Of a DNA stretch of 32,000 bases, positions 7,536-15,437 are shown one piece after another (position 1 is the first letter of the stretch; every line of letters begins with the position of its first letter). The translations under genes were made by a program, and so were the position numbers. The notes under the pieces are model-generated. The model saw nothing but the letters and a program-made list of their open reading frames with translations. It did no database searches and was not told where the DNA came from. Source of the DNA: Acaryochloris marina S15 (GTDB lineage Bacteria; Cyanobacteriota; Cyanobacteriia; Thermosynechococcales; Thermosynechococcaceae); NCBI RefSeq assembly GCF_018336915.1, contig NZ_CP064924.1, forward strand, positions 277,760 through 309,759, written 5' to 3'.

Positions 7536-10500
7536 ATGACGAGTCCGAGCCCAGAACAGCAAACCATTCTATTTCTTGCCAGCAACCCTGATGGATTGCG
7601 ACAAGTCGGACGAGAATTACGCGACATTAAAAACGGGTTACGCAGATCTGAGCATCGAGATCAGTTCACTCTATGTCCCTGCCTGGATGTACGTACTAAA
7701 GATATTCAACGGGCATTATTGGATGAAACGCCTCAGATAATTCACTTCGCTGGCAGTGGCAAAGGAGAAGCAGGACTCGTCTTTGAAGATCAAGCAGGCA
7801 ATCCCAAACTTGTCGCAAGTGCAGCCCTAGCAGGTCTATTTACTCTGTTTGCTGAGGACATCCACTGCGTCATTCTGAATGGGTGTTATACCCAGGTGCA
7901 AGCTCAAGCCATCGCTCAACATATTGATTATGTAGTAGGCATGCAGCAGGCCATCAGCCACGAAGCGGCCCTGGCCTTTGCCGTGGGTTTCTATGATGCC
8001 TTGGGTGCAGGCCGAGACATTGAATTTGCCTTTAAGTTGGGATGCAGTGCCATTCAAATAGAAGGCTTACCCGAATCTCTCACCCCGGTGTTGGTCCAAA
8101 AATCTAGCCTTCAATCCGCACCCCTCCACCCCTTACCCGAACAGCAGACTCATGAAAAACTCTGGAAAGTGCCAGAGTTACCCCCCCACTTTTTACCGCG
8201 TCCTCAGACCCTAAAAGCCCTAAGAGAGAAGGTCCTTACGGATCTAGCCCAGCCTGTCGTCATGACCGGGCAACGCGTCGGTGTTCAGGGTATGGGAGGC
8301 ATTGGCAAGTCGGTGTTGGCCACAGCCCTAGCTCGTGACCCTCAAGTTCAATCGGCATTCCCTGACGGTATTTATTGGCTAACCGTGGGGATAGAACCCA
8401 ACCTACTGGCTCAGCAAATCGCTCTAGCAGCAGCCCTCTGTGGTGAACGCCAGGTATTTGAAGATATCAATGAAGGGAAAAACCGCCTCCAAACCCTATG
8501 GCAAGGACGCCAAAGTCTATTGATTCTAGATGATGTCTGGTGCATCGCGGATGCTGACGTCTTCAATGTCCTGGGACATCAAAGTACCTTGGTAGTGACG
8601 ACCCGTGACTCAGAATTAATCACAGGATTAGGGGCCACTGACTTTTCCCTTTCGGTACTCCATGAGGATCAGGCGCTGGAGTTATTAGCCGCCTGGGTGG
8701 GCGTCCCCATCTCAGATCTACCCTCCCAAGCCCAGGAAGTAGCAAGAGAATGTGGCAACTTGCCCTTAGCCCTGGCCCAATGTGGTGCAATGGTGCGAGA
8801 TTTAACCCCTTGGCCCCATGTTCTCAGTGCCTTACAAGATTCAGATCTTGAATTTATCCAAAAACAGTTTAGTCATTATTCCTACCCCGATGTCTTCAAA
8901 GCCCTGCATGTCAGTGCAACGGTCTTAGCAGAAACCAACCCCATCGCTGCCGAACGCTATCAAGAACTGGCAGTGTTTCCAGCCGATGAATTGATTCCTG
9001 AAGCAGTCATTGTTCGCCTATGGCAATATACCGGAGTATTAAAGGAGCGAGATGCGGGCAAAATCCTAACCACCTTATCGAGTAAAGCCATGCTGCGGCT
9101 AGAGGGGGACTATCCCCAGCGGCAAGTCAGCCTCCATGACTTACAGCAGGATTATTTACAAGCCCAGCAAGCCGACCAGAAGGCATTGCATCAGCAACTT
9201 CTGGAGGCTTATCACCAGGGCTGTCCAGAGGGATGGCATTGTGGACCGAAGGACGGGTATTTCTTTGAGCATTTGGCCCATCACCTCCAGCAGGCAGAAC
9301 GCACCGATGAGTTACGGCAATTACTCTGGGACTATCGTTGGATTCAACGCAAATTGGGAGTCACTGATATCAATGCCCTGCTATTGGACTATGAAACCTT
9401 ACCCAAGGACCAAGACCTCAACAGTGTCCACAGTGGGTTACGGTTATCTAGCCATGTATTAAATCAGCATCCTGAGCAGCTTCCCAGTCAGCTCTTTGGG
9501 CGTTTGATGAGTCAAGATTCACCCCATGTGACCGCATTGACTCAATCTTTAGCTCAGGGACCGGGAGAATGCTGGATACGGTGTCTATTCCCCCATCTCA
9601 ACCAAGCGGGGGGAGCATTAGTGCGCACCCTCACCGGACATACTTCCACTGTCTATGGCGTGAGCATCAGCCCCGATGGCCAAACCGTAGTCTCCGCGTC
9701 TTGGGACCAGACCCTGAAGGTGTGGGACCTGGAGACGGGCCAGGAGCAGCGCACCCTCACCGGACATACTAGCCTTGTCAATGGCGTGAGCATCAGCCCC
9801 GATGGCCAAACCGTAGTCTCCGCGTCTTGGGACAAGACCCTGAAGGTATGGGACCTGGCGACGGGCCAGGAGCAGCGCACCCTCACCGGACATATTGCCT
9901 CTGTCAATGGCGTGAGCATCAGCCCCGATGGCCAAACCGTAATCTCCGCATCTAGTGACCATACCCTGAAGGTGTGGGATCTGGAGACGGGCCAGGAACA
10001 GCGCACCCTCACCGGACATACTGACTATGTCGAGGGCGTGAGCATCAGCCCCGATGGCCAAACCGTAGTCTCCGCGTCTAGGGACCAGACCCTGAAGGTG
10101 TGGGACCTGGAGACGGGCCAGGAGCAGCGCACCCTCACCGGACATACTGACCCTGTCTATGGCGTCAGCATCAGCTCCGATGGCCAAACCGTAGTCTCCG
10201 CGTCTGGTGACCAGACCCTGAAGGTGTGGGACCTGGCGACGGGCCAGGAGCAGCGCACCCTCACCGGACATACTGCCTCTGTCGAGGGCGTGAGCATCAG
10301 CTCCGATGGCCAAACCGTAGTCTCCGCGTCTGGTGACCATACCCTGAAGGTGTGGGACCTGGAGACGGGCCAGGAGCAGCGCACCCTCACCGGACATACT
10401 GCCTCTGTCGAGGGCGTGAGCATCAGCTCCGATGGCCAAACCGTGGTCTCCGCGTCTGATGACCATACCCTGAAGGTGTGGGACCTGGAGACGGGCCAGG

Positions 10501-11534
10501 AGCAGCGCACCCTCACCGGACATACTGCCTCTGTCGAGGGCGTGAGCATCAGCTCCGATGGCCAAACCGTAGTCTCCGCGTCTGGTGACCATACCCTGAA
10601 GGTGTGGGACCTGGAGACGGGCCAGGAGCAGCGCACCCTCACCGGACATACTTCCCTTGTCCATGGCGTGAGCATCAGCCCCGATGGCCAAACCGTAGTC
10701 TCCGCGTCTAAGGACCAGACCCTGAAGGTGTGGGACCTGGAGACGGGCCAGGAGCAGCGCACCCTCACCGGACATACTGCCTCTGTCACTGGCGTCAGCA
10801 TCAGCCCCGATGGCCAAACCGTCGTCTCCGCGTCTTGGGACAATACCCTGAAGGTGTGGGACCTGGAGACGGGCCAGGAGCAGCGCACCCTCACCGGACA
10901 TACTGCCTATGTCACTGGCGTGAGCATCAGCCCCGATGGCCAAACCCTTGTCTCCACGTCTTTGGACAAGACCCTGAAGGTGTGGGACCTGGAGACGGGC
11001 CAGGAGCAGCGCACCCTCACCGGGCATACTGACCCTGTCACTGGCGTGAGCATCAACCCCGATGGCCAAACCGTCGTCTCCGCGTCTTGGGACTGTACCC
11101 TGAAGGTGTGGGACCTGGAGACGGGCCAGGAGCAGCGCACCCTCACCGGACATACTTCCACTGTCACTGGCGTCAGCATCAGCCCCGATGGCCAAACCGT
11201 CGTCTCCGCGTCTTGGGACTGTACCCTGAAGGTGTGGGACCTGGAGACGGGCCAGGAGCAGCGCACCCTCACCGGACATACTGCCCCTGTCAATGGCGTG
11301 AGCATCAGCCCCGATGGCCAAACCCTTGTCTCCGCGTCTGATGACCATACCCTGAAGGCATGGGACCTGCTGACCGGCATGGAAGTGATGAGCTTCACGG
11401 GAGAAGGTGCATTTCAATGTTGTGAGATTGCCCTAGATGGTCGCACCGTCATTGCTGGAGATGCTGGGGGACAGCTTTACTTTCTGCGGCTAGAAGGCCC
11501 CAGCTTTTCAGACGACGGGGAGGTTATCTCATGA
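7536..11534 (+). CDS. NLR/STAND-like protein: caspase/CHAT-like N-domain (His to Ser variant) + NB-ARC (AP-ATPase) + Apaf-1-type helical domain + 14 WD40 blades and a degenerate 15th
   Basis: Walker A GMGGIGKS (8289-8312), Walker B LLILDDVW, VVTTRD, GNLPLALAQCG. WD40 units of form GHTxxVxGVSISPDGQTVVSASxDxTLKVWDLETGQEQRTLT. Confidence 0.9.
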   Translation: MTSPSPEQQTILFLASNPDGLRQVGRELRDIKNGLRRSEHRDQFTLCPCLDVRTKDIQRALLDETPQIIHFAGSGKGEAGLVFEDQAGNPKLVASAALAGLFTLFAEDIHCVILNGCYTQVQAQAIAQHIDYVVGMQQAISHEAALAFAVGFYDALGAGRDIEFAFKLGCSAIQIEGLPESLTPVLVQKSSLQSAPLHPLPEQQTHEKLWKVPELPPHFLPRPQTLKALREKVLTDLAQPVVMTGQRVGVQGMGGIGKSVLATALARDPQVQSAFPDGIYWLTVGIEPNLLAQQIALAAALCGERQVFEDINEGKNRLQTLWQGRQSLLILDDVWCIADADVFNVLGHQSTLVVTTRDSELITGLGATDFSLSVLHEDQALELLAAWVGVPISDLPSQAQEVARECGNLPLALAQCGAMVRDLTPWPHVLSALQDSDLEFIQKQFSHYSYPDVFKALHVSATVLAETNPIAAERYQELAVFPADELIPEAVIVRLWQYTGVLKERDAGKILTTLSSKAMLRLEGDYPQRQVSLHDLQQDYLQAQQADQKALHQQLLEAYHQGCPEGWHCGPKDGYFFEHLAHHLQQAERTDELRQLLWDYRWIQRKLGVTDINALLLDYETLPKDQDLNSVHSGLRLSSHVLNQHPEQLPSQLFGRLMSQDSPHVTALTQSLAQGPGECWIRCLFPHLNQAGGALVRTLTGHTSTVYGVSISPDGQTVVSASWDQTLKVWDLETGQEQRTLTGHTSLVNGVSISPDGQTVVSASWDKTLKVWDLATGQEQRTLTGHIASVNGVSISPDGQTVISASSDHTLKVWDLETGQEQRTLTGHTDYVEGVSISPDGQTVVSASRDQTLKVWDLETGQEQRTLTGHTDPVYGVSISSDGQTVVSASGDQTLKVWDLATGQEQRTLTGHTASVEGVSISSDGQTVVSASGDHTLKVWDLETGQEQRTLTGHTASVEGVSISSDGQTVVSASDDHTLKVWDLETGQEQRTLTGHTASVEGVSISSDGQTVVSASGDHTLKVWDLETGQEQRTLTGHTSLVHGVSISPDGQTVVSASKDQTLKVWDLETGQEQRTLTGHTASVTGVSISPDGQTVVSASWDNTLKVWDLETGQEQRTLTGHTAYVTGVSISPDGQTLVSTSLDKTLKVWDLETGQEQRTLTGHTDPVTGVSINPDGQTVVSASWDCTLKVWDLETGQEQRTLTGHTSTVTGVSISPDGQTVVSASWDCTLKVWDLETGQEQRTLTGHTAPVNGVSISPDGQTLVSASDDHTLKAWDLLTGMEVMSFTGEGAFQCCEIALDGRTVIAGDAGGQLYFLRLEGPSFSDDGEVIS
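7557..8102 (+). other. Shared N-terminal domain, copy 1 (candidate clan-CD peptidase-like or adaptor domain). The His position is Ser.
   Basis: IIHFAGSGKG with Ser codon agt at 7755-7757, where copy 2 has His. VILNGCYT with Cys codon 7884-7886. About 60% identical by eye to 11671..12228. Confidence 0.6.
9624..11387 (+). repeat. Fourteen tandem 126-bp coding repeats (WD40 blades) with near-identical nucleotide sequence
   Basis: cgcaccctcaccggacatact recurs at 9624, 9750, 9876 ... 11262, an exact 126-bp phase. Differences cluster in about 5 codons per unit. Confidence 0.95.
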
Positions 11535-11670
11535 CTTAAACCGTTCTAATATCCCTTCAATTCCTGCCTCAACGTTTGGGGTGTTCTCTCACAACCGAAG
11601 GCTATCGACGTCGCAATTCAATCATTGAGTGTTCCACTATCTTCTGCCCGAATTTATCCGCCCTACCCTC

Positions 11671-12768
11671 ATGACTGCCCAAACCATTCTCTTTCTCGCT
11701 GCGAATCCCAAAGATACTAAGACTCTTCGATTGGATCAGGAGTTAAGGGATATTGGTGAGGGTTTACAGCAGGCTCAACGTCGAGATGAGTTTAAGCTTG
11801 AACAGCGCCTGGCGGTTCGCCCCCATGATATTCAGCGGGCCATGCTAGATCTGAATCCCCAGATCGTTCATTTCTCAGGCCATGGGAATGGGGATGAGGG
11901 CTTGGCCTTTGAGGATGTCAGTGGTAATACCCAGTTGGTCAGTGGTGAGGCGATTGCTGACCTGTTTAGCCTGTTTGCCGATCAACTGCGCTGCGTAGTC
12001 CTCAATGGCTGCTATACCGAGGTGCAAGCAAAGGCCATCTCGGAACATATTCCCTATGTTATCGGTATGAAACGGGCGATTGGGGATAAAGCGGCGATCT
12101 CCTTTGCCGTGGGATTCTATGATGCCCTGGGCTCTGGTCGAGATGTGGAGTTTGCCTTTAAGTTGGGCTGTGCCGCTATCCGCATGGAAGGCATTGAAGA
12201 ACATCTCACCCCCGTTCTGATTAAAAAGCCCATTACTGAGGAAACTAAGGATCAGGATCAACCCAATGCTCAAACTCCTCCAACACCCGCGCCTTCTCCC
12301 ATGACTCCAGACGCCGATGGACCCTTAGAGGTCTTTATTTCCTATTCCCATAAAGACGATGATTTACGAGAAGAGTTAGACATCCATCTTTCCAATCTGA
12401 AACGACAGGGGAAAATTGCTGCTTGGCATGATCGGGCGATTGAAGCAGGGGAAGAATGGGAAGCTCAAATCAAAGGCCATCTGGAGTCCGCTCAAATCAT
12501 TCTGCTACTGGTCAGCCCACCCTTTATGGCCTCTGACTATTGCTACGACATTGAGATGCAACGAGCGATAGACCGCCATAACGAAGGCACAGCCCGAGTC
12601 ATCCCTATTATTCTGCGTCCCTGTGACTGGAAAGGGTCACCCTTCAGTAAGCTGAAGATACTCCCTAAAGATGCCAAGCCCGTGACGAAATGGGCTGATC
12701 GCGATGAGGCATTCTTGGATGTCGTCAAAGGAATACGGAGGGCGGTAGAGTCCCTGACAAAAAAGTAG
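11671..12768 (+). CDS. Caspase/CHAT-like N-domain + TIR domain protein. Probably the N-terminal part of a TIR-NB-ARC-TPR protein.
   Basis: ATG at 11671 gives MTAQTILFLAANP, parallel to gene A; the track's GTG at 11629 is less likely. HFSGHG (His 11881-11883) and VVLNGCYT (Cys 12010-12012). TIR at 12328-12756 with FISYSHKDD and SDYCYDIEMQ (Glu 12553-12555). It ends at TAG 12766-12768, directly after A_AAA_AAG. Confidence 0.85.
   Translation: MTAQTILFLAANPKDTKTLRLDQELRDIGEGLQQAQRRDEFKLEQRLAVRPHDIQRAMLDLNPQIVHFSGHGNGDEGLAFEDVSGNTQLVSGEAIADLFSLFADQLRCVVLNGCYTEVQAKAISEHIPYVIGMKRAIGDKAAISFAVGFYDALGSGRDVEFAFKLGCAAIRMEGIEEHLTPVLIKKPITEETKDQDQPNAQTPPTPAPSPMTPDADGPLEVFISYSHKDDDLREELDIHLSNLKRQGKIAAWHDRAIEAGEEWEAQIKGHLESAQIILLLVSPPFMASDYCYDIEMQRAIDRHNEGTARVIPIILRPCDWKGSPFSKLKILPKDAKPVTKWADRDEAFLDVVKGIRRAVESLTKK
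12759..12765 (+). other. A_AAA_AAG heptamer in the correct register for -1 slippage, immediately followed by the TIR-ORF stop. A -1 shift enters the NB-ARC-TPR frame.
   Basis: Zero-frame codons are ACA AAA AAG TAG. The -1 frame reads AAA AAA GTA GAC CAC... and stays open to 15437. It encodes the conserved pre-P-loop segment PHNLPRSGVVEFVGREQTLQDLHQLL upstream of the only candidate start (TTG 12918). Confidence 0.6.
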
Positions 12769-12917
12769 ACCACTCTTCGTCAGGACTCAGTCCACCAACG
12801 GAGAGTCATCAGGGCCAGGGACCAGAAGCCTCGTCATCTTCTCAGGCAAGTCCCCCTCATAACCTCCCTCGCAGCGGTGTCGTTGAATTTGTCGGTCGTG
12901 AACAAACGCTGCAGGAC

Positions 12918-15437
12918 TTGCACCAGCTCCTCCAAAAGAACAATCCAGTAGCCCTTACTGCATTAGCAGGCATGGGTGGGATCGGAAAGACTGAACTTGC
13001 CCTGCAATATGCCATCTCCCAGCTCGATCAGGGTCAGTACCCTGGAGGACTTTGCTGGCTGCGAGTGAAAGGCCAGGCTCTAGCTGCCCAAATTATCGAA
13101 TTTGCCCGGACCAAGTTGGCACTGGCCCTTCCGGATGGACTCAATGAAGATCAACAGGTGAGTTATATCTGGGGGCAATGGCCCACCGGAAAGGTGCTGA
13201 TTATTTTTGATGATGTAAAGGACCTTGAGACCATCGAACCGTACTTACCGCCGTCAGACCCACGGTATAAAGTACTGATTACAACCCGACAGGATTTAGG
13301 TCTATCCGATCATTCCCTTTCCATTAAAGAACTGAGCGATACCAGTGCCTTATCCCTGCTGAGAACCCTAGTTGGAGCAGACCGAATTGATGCTCAGCTC
13401 GACGATGCTCAAGCCTTATGTGGATGGGTGGGTAAATTGCCCTTAGGACTAGAGTTAGTGGGACGGTATCTAGCCAGAAAGCCAGACTGGTCCCTCCAAA
13501 AGCTGATCAAGCGACTTGAATCCAAGCGATTACAAGCCAAAGCCCTGACGACTCCAGCATCAGGAATGACCGCACAGTTTGGGGTCGCTGCTGCACTGGA
13601 ATTAAGCTGGGTAGAGCTGAATGAGGCAGAGCAGGAACTGGCTTGCTTTTTGGGGATGTTTGCGGTTGCTCCTATTCCTTGGACTTTGGTTGAAGGATGT
13701 CTATCCGAACAGGATAAGGATGACTTAGAAGACATCAGAGATGAAGGTTTGAAAGATAGGAACCTACTCAAACGAATAGAAGAGAGTACCTACCAACTCC
13801 ATCAAATTGTTCAGGAGTTCTTTCGGATTAAGTTGAATGAGGATTCCGAACAGGGGAAATCCCTCAAAGCCGCTTATTGCAGAGGAATGGTTGCAGTTGC
13901 TCAGGGTATTAATCAGAATCCAACGATTGATGTGATTGCAGGGATGAGTGCCAGCATTCCCCATCTAGAGGAACTGATCCGACAGTGGATTGACCACCTC
14001 GGTGATGATGAATTGATGTGGCCCTATGTCGGTATTGGTCGATTTTATGAAGGGCAAGGGAACTATGCATTGGCTTTACCTTGGTATCAAAAATGCCTAG
14101 AACAGACTCAACAAAGATTGGGCAATGAACACACCGATGTCGCAACTAGCCTCAATAACCTGGCAGGACTCTACAAAAACCAAGGACGATATGAGGAAGC
14201 AGAACCCCTCTATACACAAGCCCTACAGATGAGACAGAAGCCATTGGGCAATGAACACCCCGATGTCGCAACTAGCCTCAATAACCTGGCATTACTCTAC
14301 GACAGCCAAGGACGGTATGAGGAGGCAGAACCCCTCTATACACAAGCCCTACAGATGACACAGAAGCTCTTGGGCAATGAACACCCCGATGTCGCTCTTA
14401 GCCTCAATAACCTGGCAGGACTCTACGACAACCAAGGACGGTATGAGGAGGCAGAACCCCTCTATACACAAGCCCTACAGATGAAAAAGAAGCTCTTGGG
14501 CAATGAACACCCCTCTGTCGCAAGTAGCCTCAATAACCTGGCAGGACTCTACAAAAACCAAGGACGGTATGAGGAGGCAGAACCCCTCTATACACAAGCC
14601 CTACAGATGACACAGAAGCTCTTGGGCAATGAACACCCCTCTGTCGCAAGTAGCCTCAATAACCTGGCAGCACTCTACGAGAACCAAGGACGGTATGAGG
14701 AGGCAGAACCCCTCTATACACAAGCCCTACAGATGAGACAGAAGCTCTTGGGCAATGAACACCCCTATGTCGCGACTAGCCTCAATAACCTGGCAGGACT
14801 CTACAAAAACCAAGGACGGTATGAGGAGGCAGAACCCCTCTATACACAAGCCCTACAGATGACACAGAAGCTCTTGGGCAATGAACACCCCTCTGTCGCA
14901 AGTAGCCTCAATAACCTGGCAGCACTCTACGACAACCAAGGACGGTATGAGGAGGCAGAACCCCTCTATACACAAGCCCTACAGATGAGACAGAAGCTAT
15001 TGGGCAATGAACACCCCGATGTCGCAACTAGCCTCAATAACCTGGCATTACTCTACGACAACCAAGGACGGTATGAGGAGGCAGAACCCCTCTATACACA
15101 AGCCCTGCAGATGAAAAAGAAGCTCTTGGGCAATGAACACCCCTCTGTCGCAAGTAGCCTCAATAACCTGGCAGGACTCTACAAAAACCAAGGACGGTAT
15201 GAGGAGGCAGAACCCCTCTATACACAAGCCCTACAGATGAGACAGAAGCTCTTGGGCAATGAACACCCCTCTGTCGCGACTAGCCTCAATAACCTGGCAT
15301 TACTCTACAAAAACCAAGGACGGTATAAGGAGGCCAAATCTAATTTAAAGCAAGCACTAAAGATAGTAGAGGTCGTCTTGGGTCCAGAGCATCCTTCTAC
15401 TCGGACCATGCGAAACAACTTAGAGTCCATCCCCTAG
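12918..15437 (+). CDS. NB-ARC (AP-ATPase) + 42-aa TPR (kinesin-light-chain type) repeat protein. The true N-terminus is almost certainly upstream, fused to the TIR ORF via a -1 frame change.
   Basis: Walker A GMGGIGKT (12969-12992), LIIFDDV, ITTRQ, GKLPLGLELVG. Ten near-identical units of form LGNEHPxVAxSLNNLAxLYxxQGRYEEAEPLYTQALQMxxKL. The frame is open from 12708 with no ATG or GTG before 12918. Confidence 0.85.
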   Translation: MHQLLQKNNPVALTALAGMGGIGKTELALQYAISQLDQGQYPGGLCWLRVKGQALAAQIIEFARTKLALALPDGLNEDQQVSYIWGQWPTGKVLIIFDDVKDLETIEPYLPPSDPRYKVLITTRQDLGLSDHSLSIKELSDTSALSLLRTLVGADRIDAQLDDAQALCGWVGKLPLGLELVGRYLARKPDWSLQKLIKRLESKRLQAKALTTPASGMTAQFGVAAALELSWVELNEAEQELACFLGMFAVAPIPWTLVEGCLSEQDKDDLEDIRDEGLKDRNLLKRIEESTYQLHQIVQEFFRIKLNEDSEQGKSLKAAYCRGMVAVAQGINQNPTIDVIAGMSASIPHLEELIRQWIDHLGDDELMWPYVGIGRFYEGQGNYALALPWYQKCLEQTQQRLGNEHTDVATSLNNLAGLYKNQGRYEEAEPLYTQALQMRQKPLGNEHPDVATSLNNLALLYDSQGRYEEAEPLYTQALQMTQKLLGNEHPDVALSLNNLAGLYDNQGRYEEAEPLYTQALQMKKKLLGNEHPSVASSLNNLAGLYKNQGRYEEAEPLYTQALQMTQKLLGNEHPSVASSLNNLAALYENQGRYEEAEPLYTQALQMRQKLLGNEHPYVATSLNNLAGLYKNQGRYEEAEPLYTQALQMTQKLLGNEHPSVASSLNNLAALYDNQGRYEEAEPLYTQALQMRQKLLGNEHPDVATSLNNLALLYDNQGRYEEAEPLYTQALQMKKKLLGNEHPSVASSLNNLAGLYKNQGRYEEAEPLYTQALQMRQKLLGNEHPSVATSLNNLALLYKNQGRYKEAKSNLKQALKIVEVVLGPEHPSTRTMRNNLESIP
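14118..15377 (+). repeat. Ten tandem 126-bp coding repeats (TPR units) with near-identical nucleotide sequence
   Basis: ttgggcaatgaacac recurs at 14118, 14244 ... with an exact 126-bp phase. The last unit is degenerate, and variation is confined to a few codons. Confidence 0.9.

Noticed and set aside
9618-11417. 599-aa ORF on the minus strand, plus several 67-245-aa ORFs in other frames, across the WD40 array
   Set aside because: They are by-products of a stop-free 126-bp repeat. They show low-complexity periodic sequence (GEGALLLARLQVPHLQG...) with no motifs. The + strand frame encodes canonical WD40 blades contiguous with NB-ARC.
12769-12830. Downstream stimulatory stem-loop for the putative -1 frameshift site
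   Set aside because: Only trivial pairings were found: ggact-c-agtcc, whose loop is too small, and a 5-bp agaag/cttct stem about 60 nt away. None is suitable to claim as a stimulator without folding software.
12918-12920. TTG at 12918 as the genuine start of an independent NB-ARC-TPR gene
   Set aside because: It would leave only about 17 residues before the P-loop and would discard the in-frame conserved segment NLPRSGVVEFVGREQTLQDL encoded just upstream. There is no ATG, GTG or Shine-Dalgarno motif.
9624-15377. Regularly spaced 126-bp repeats that could be mistaken for CRISPR-like arrays
   Set aside because: The units are contiguous with no unique spacers, lie in frame inside long ORFs, and encode WD40 and TPR units. 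No cas genes are present.
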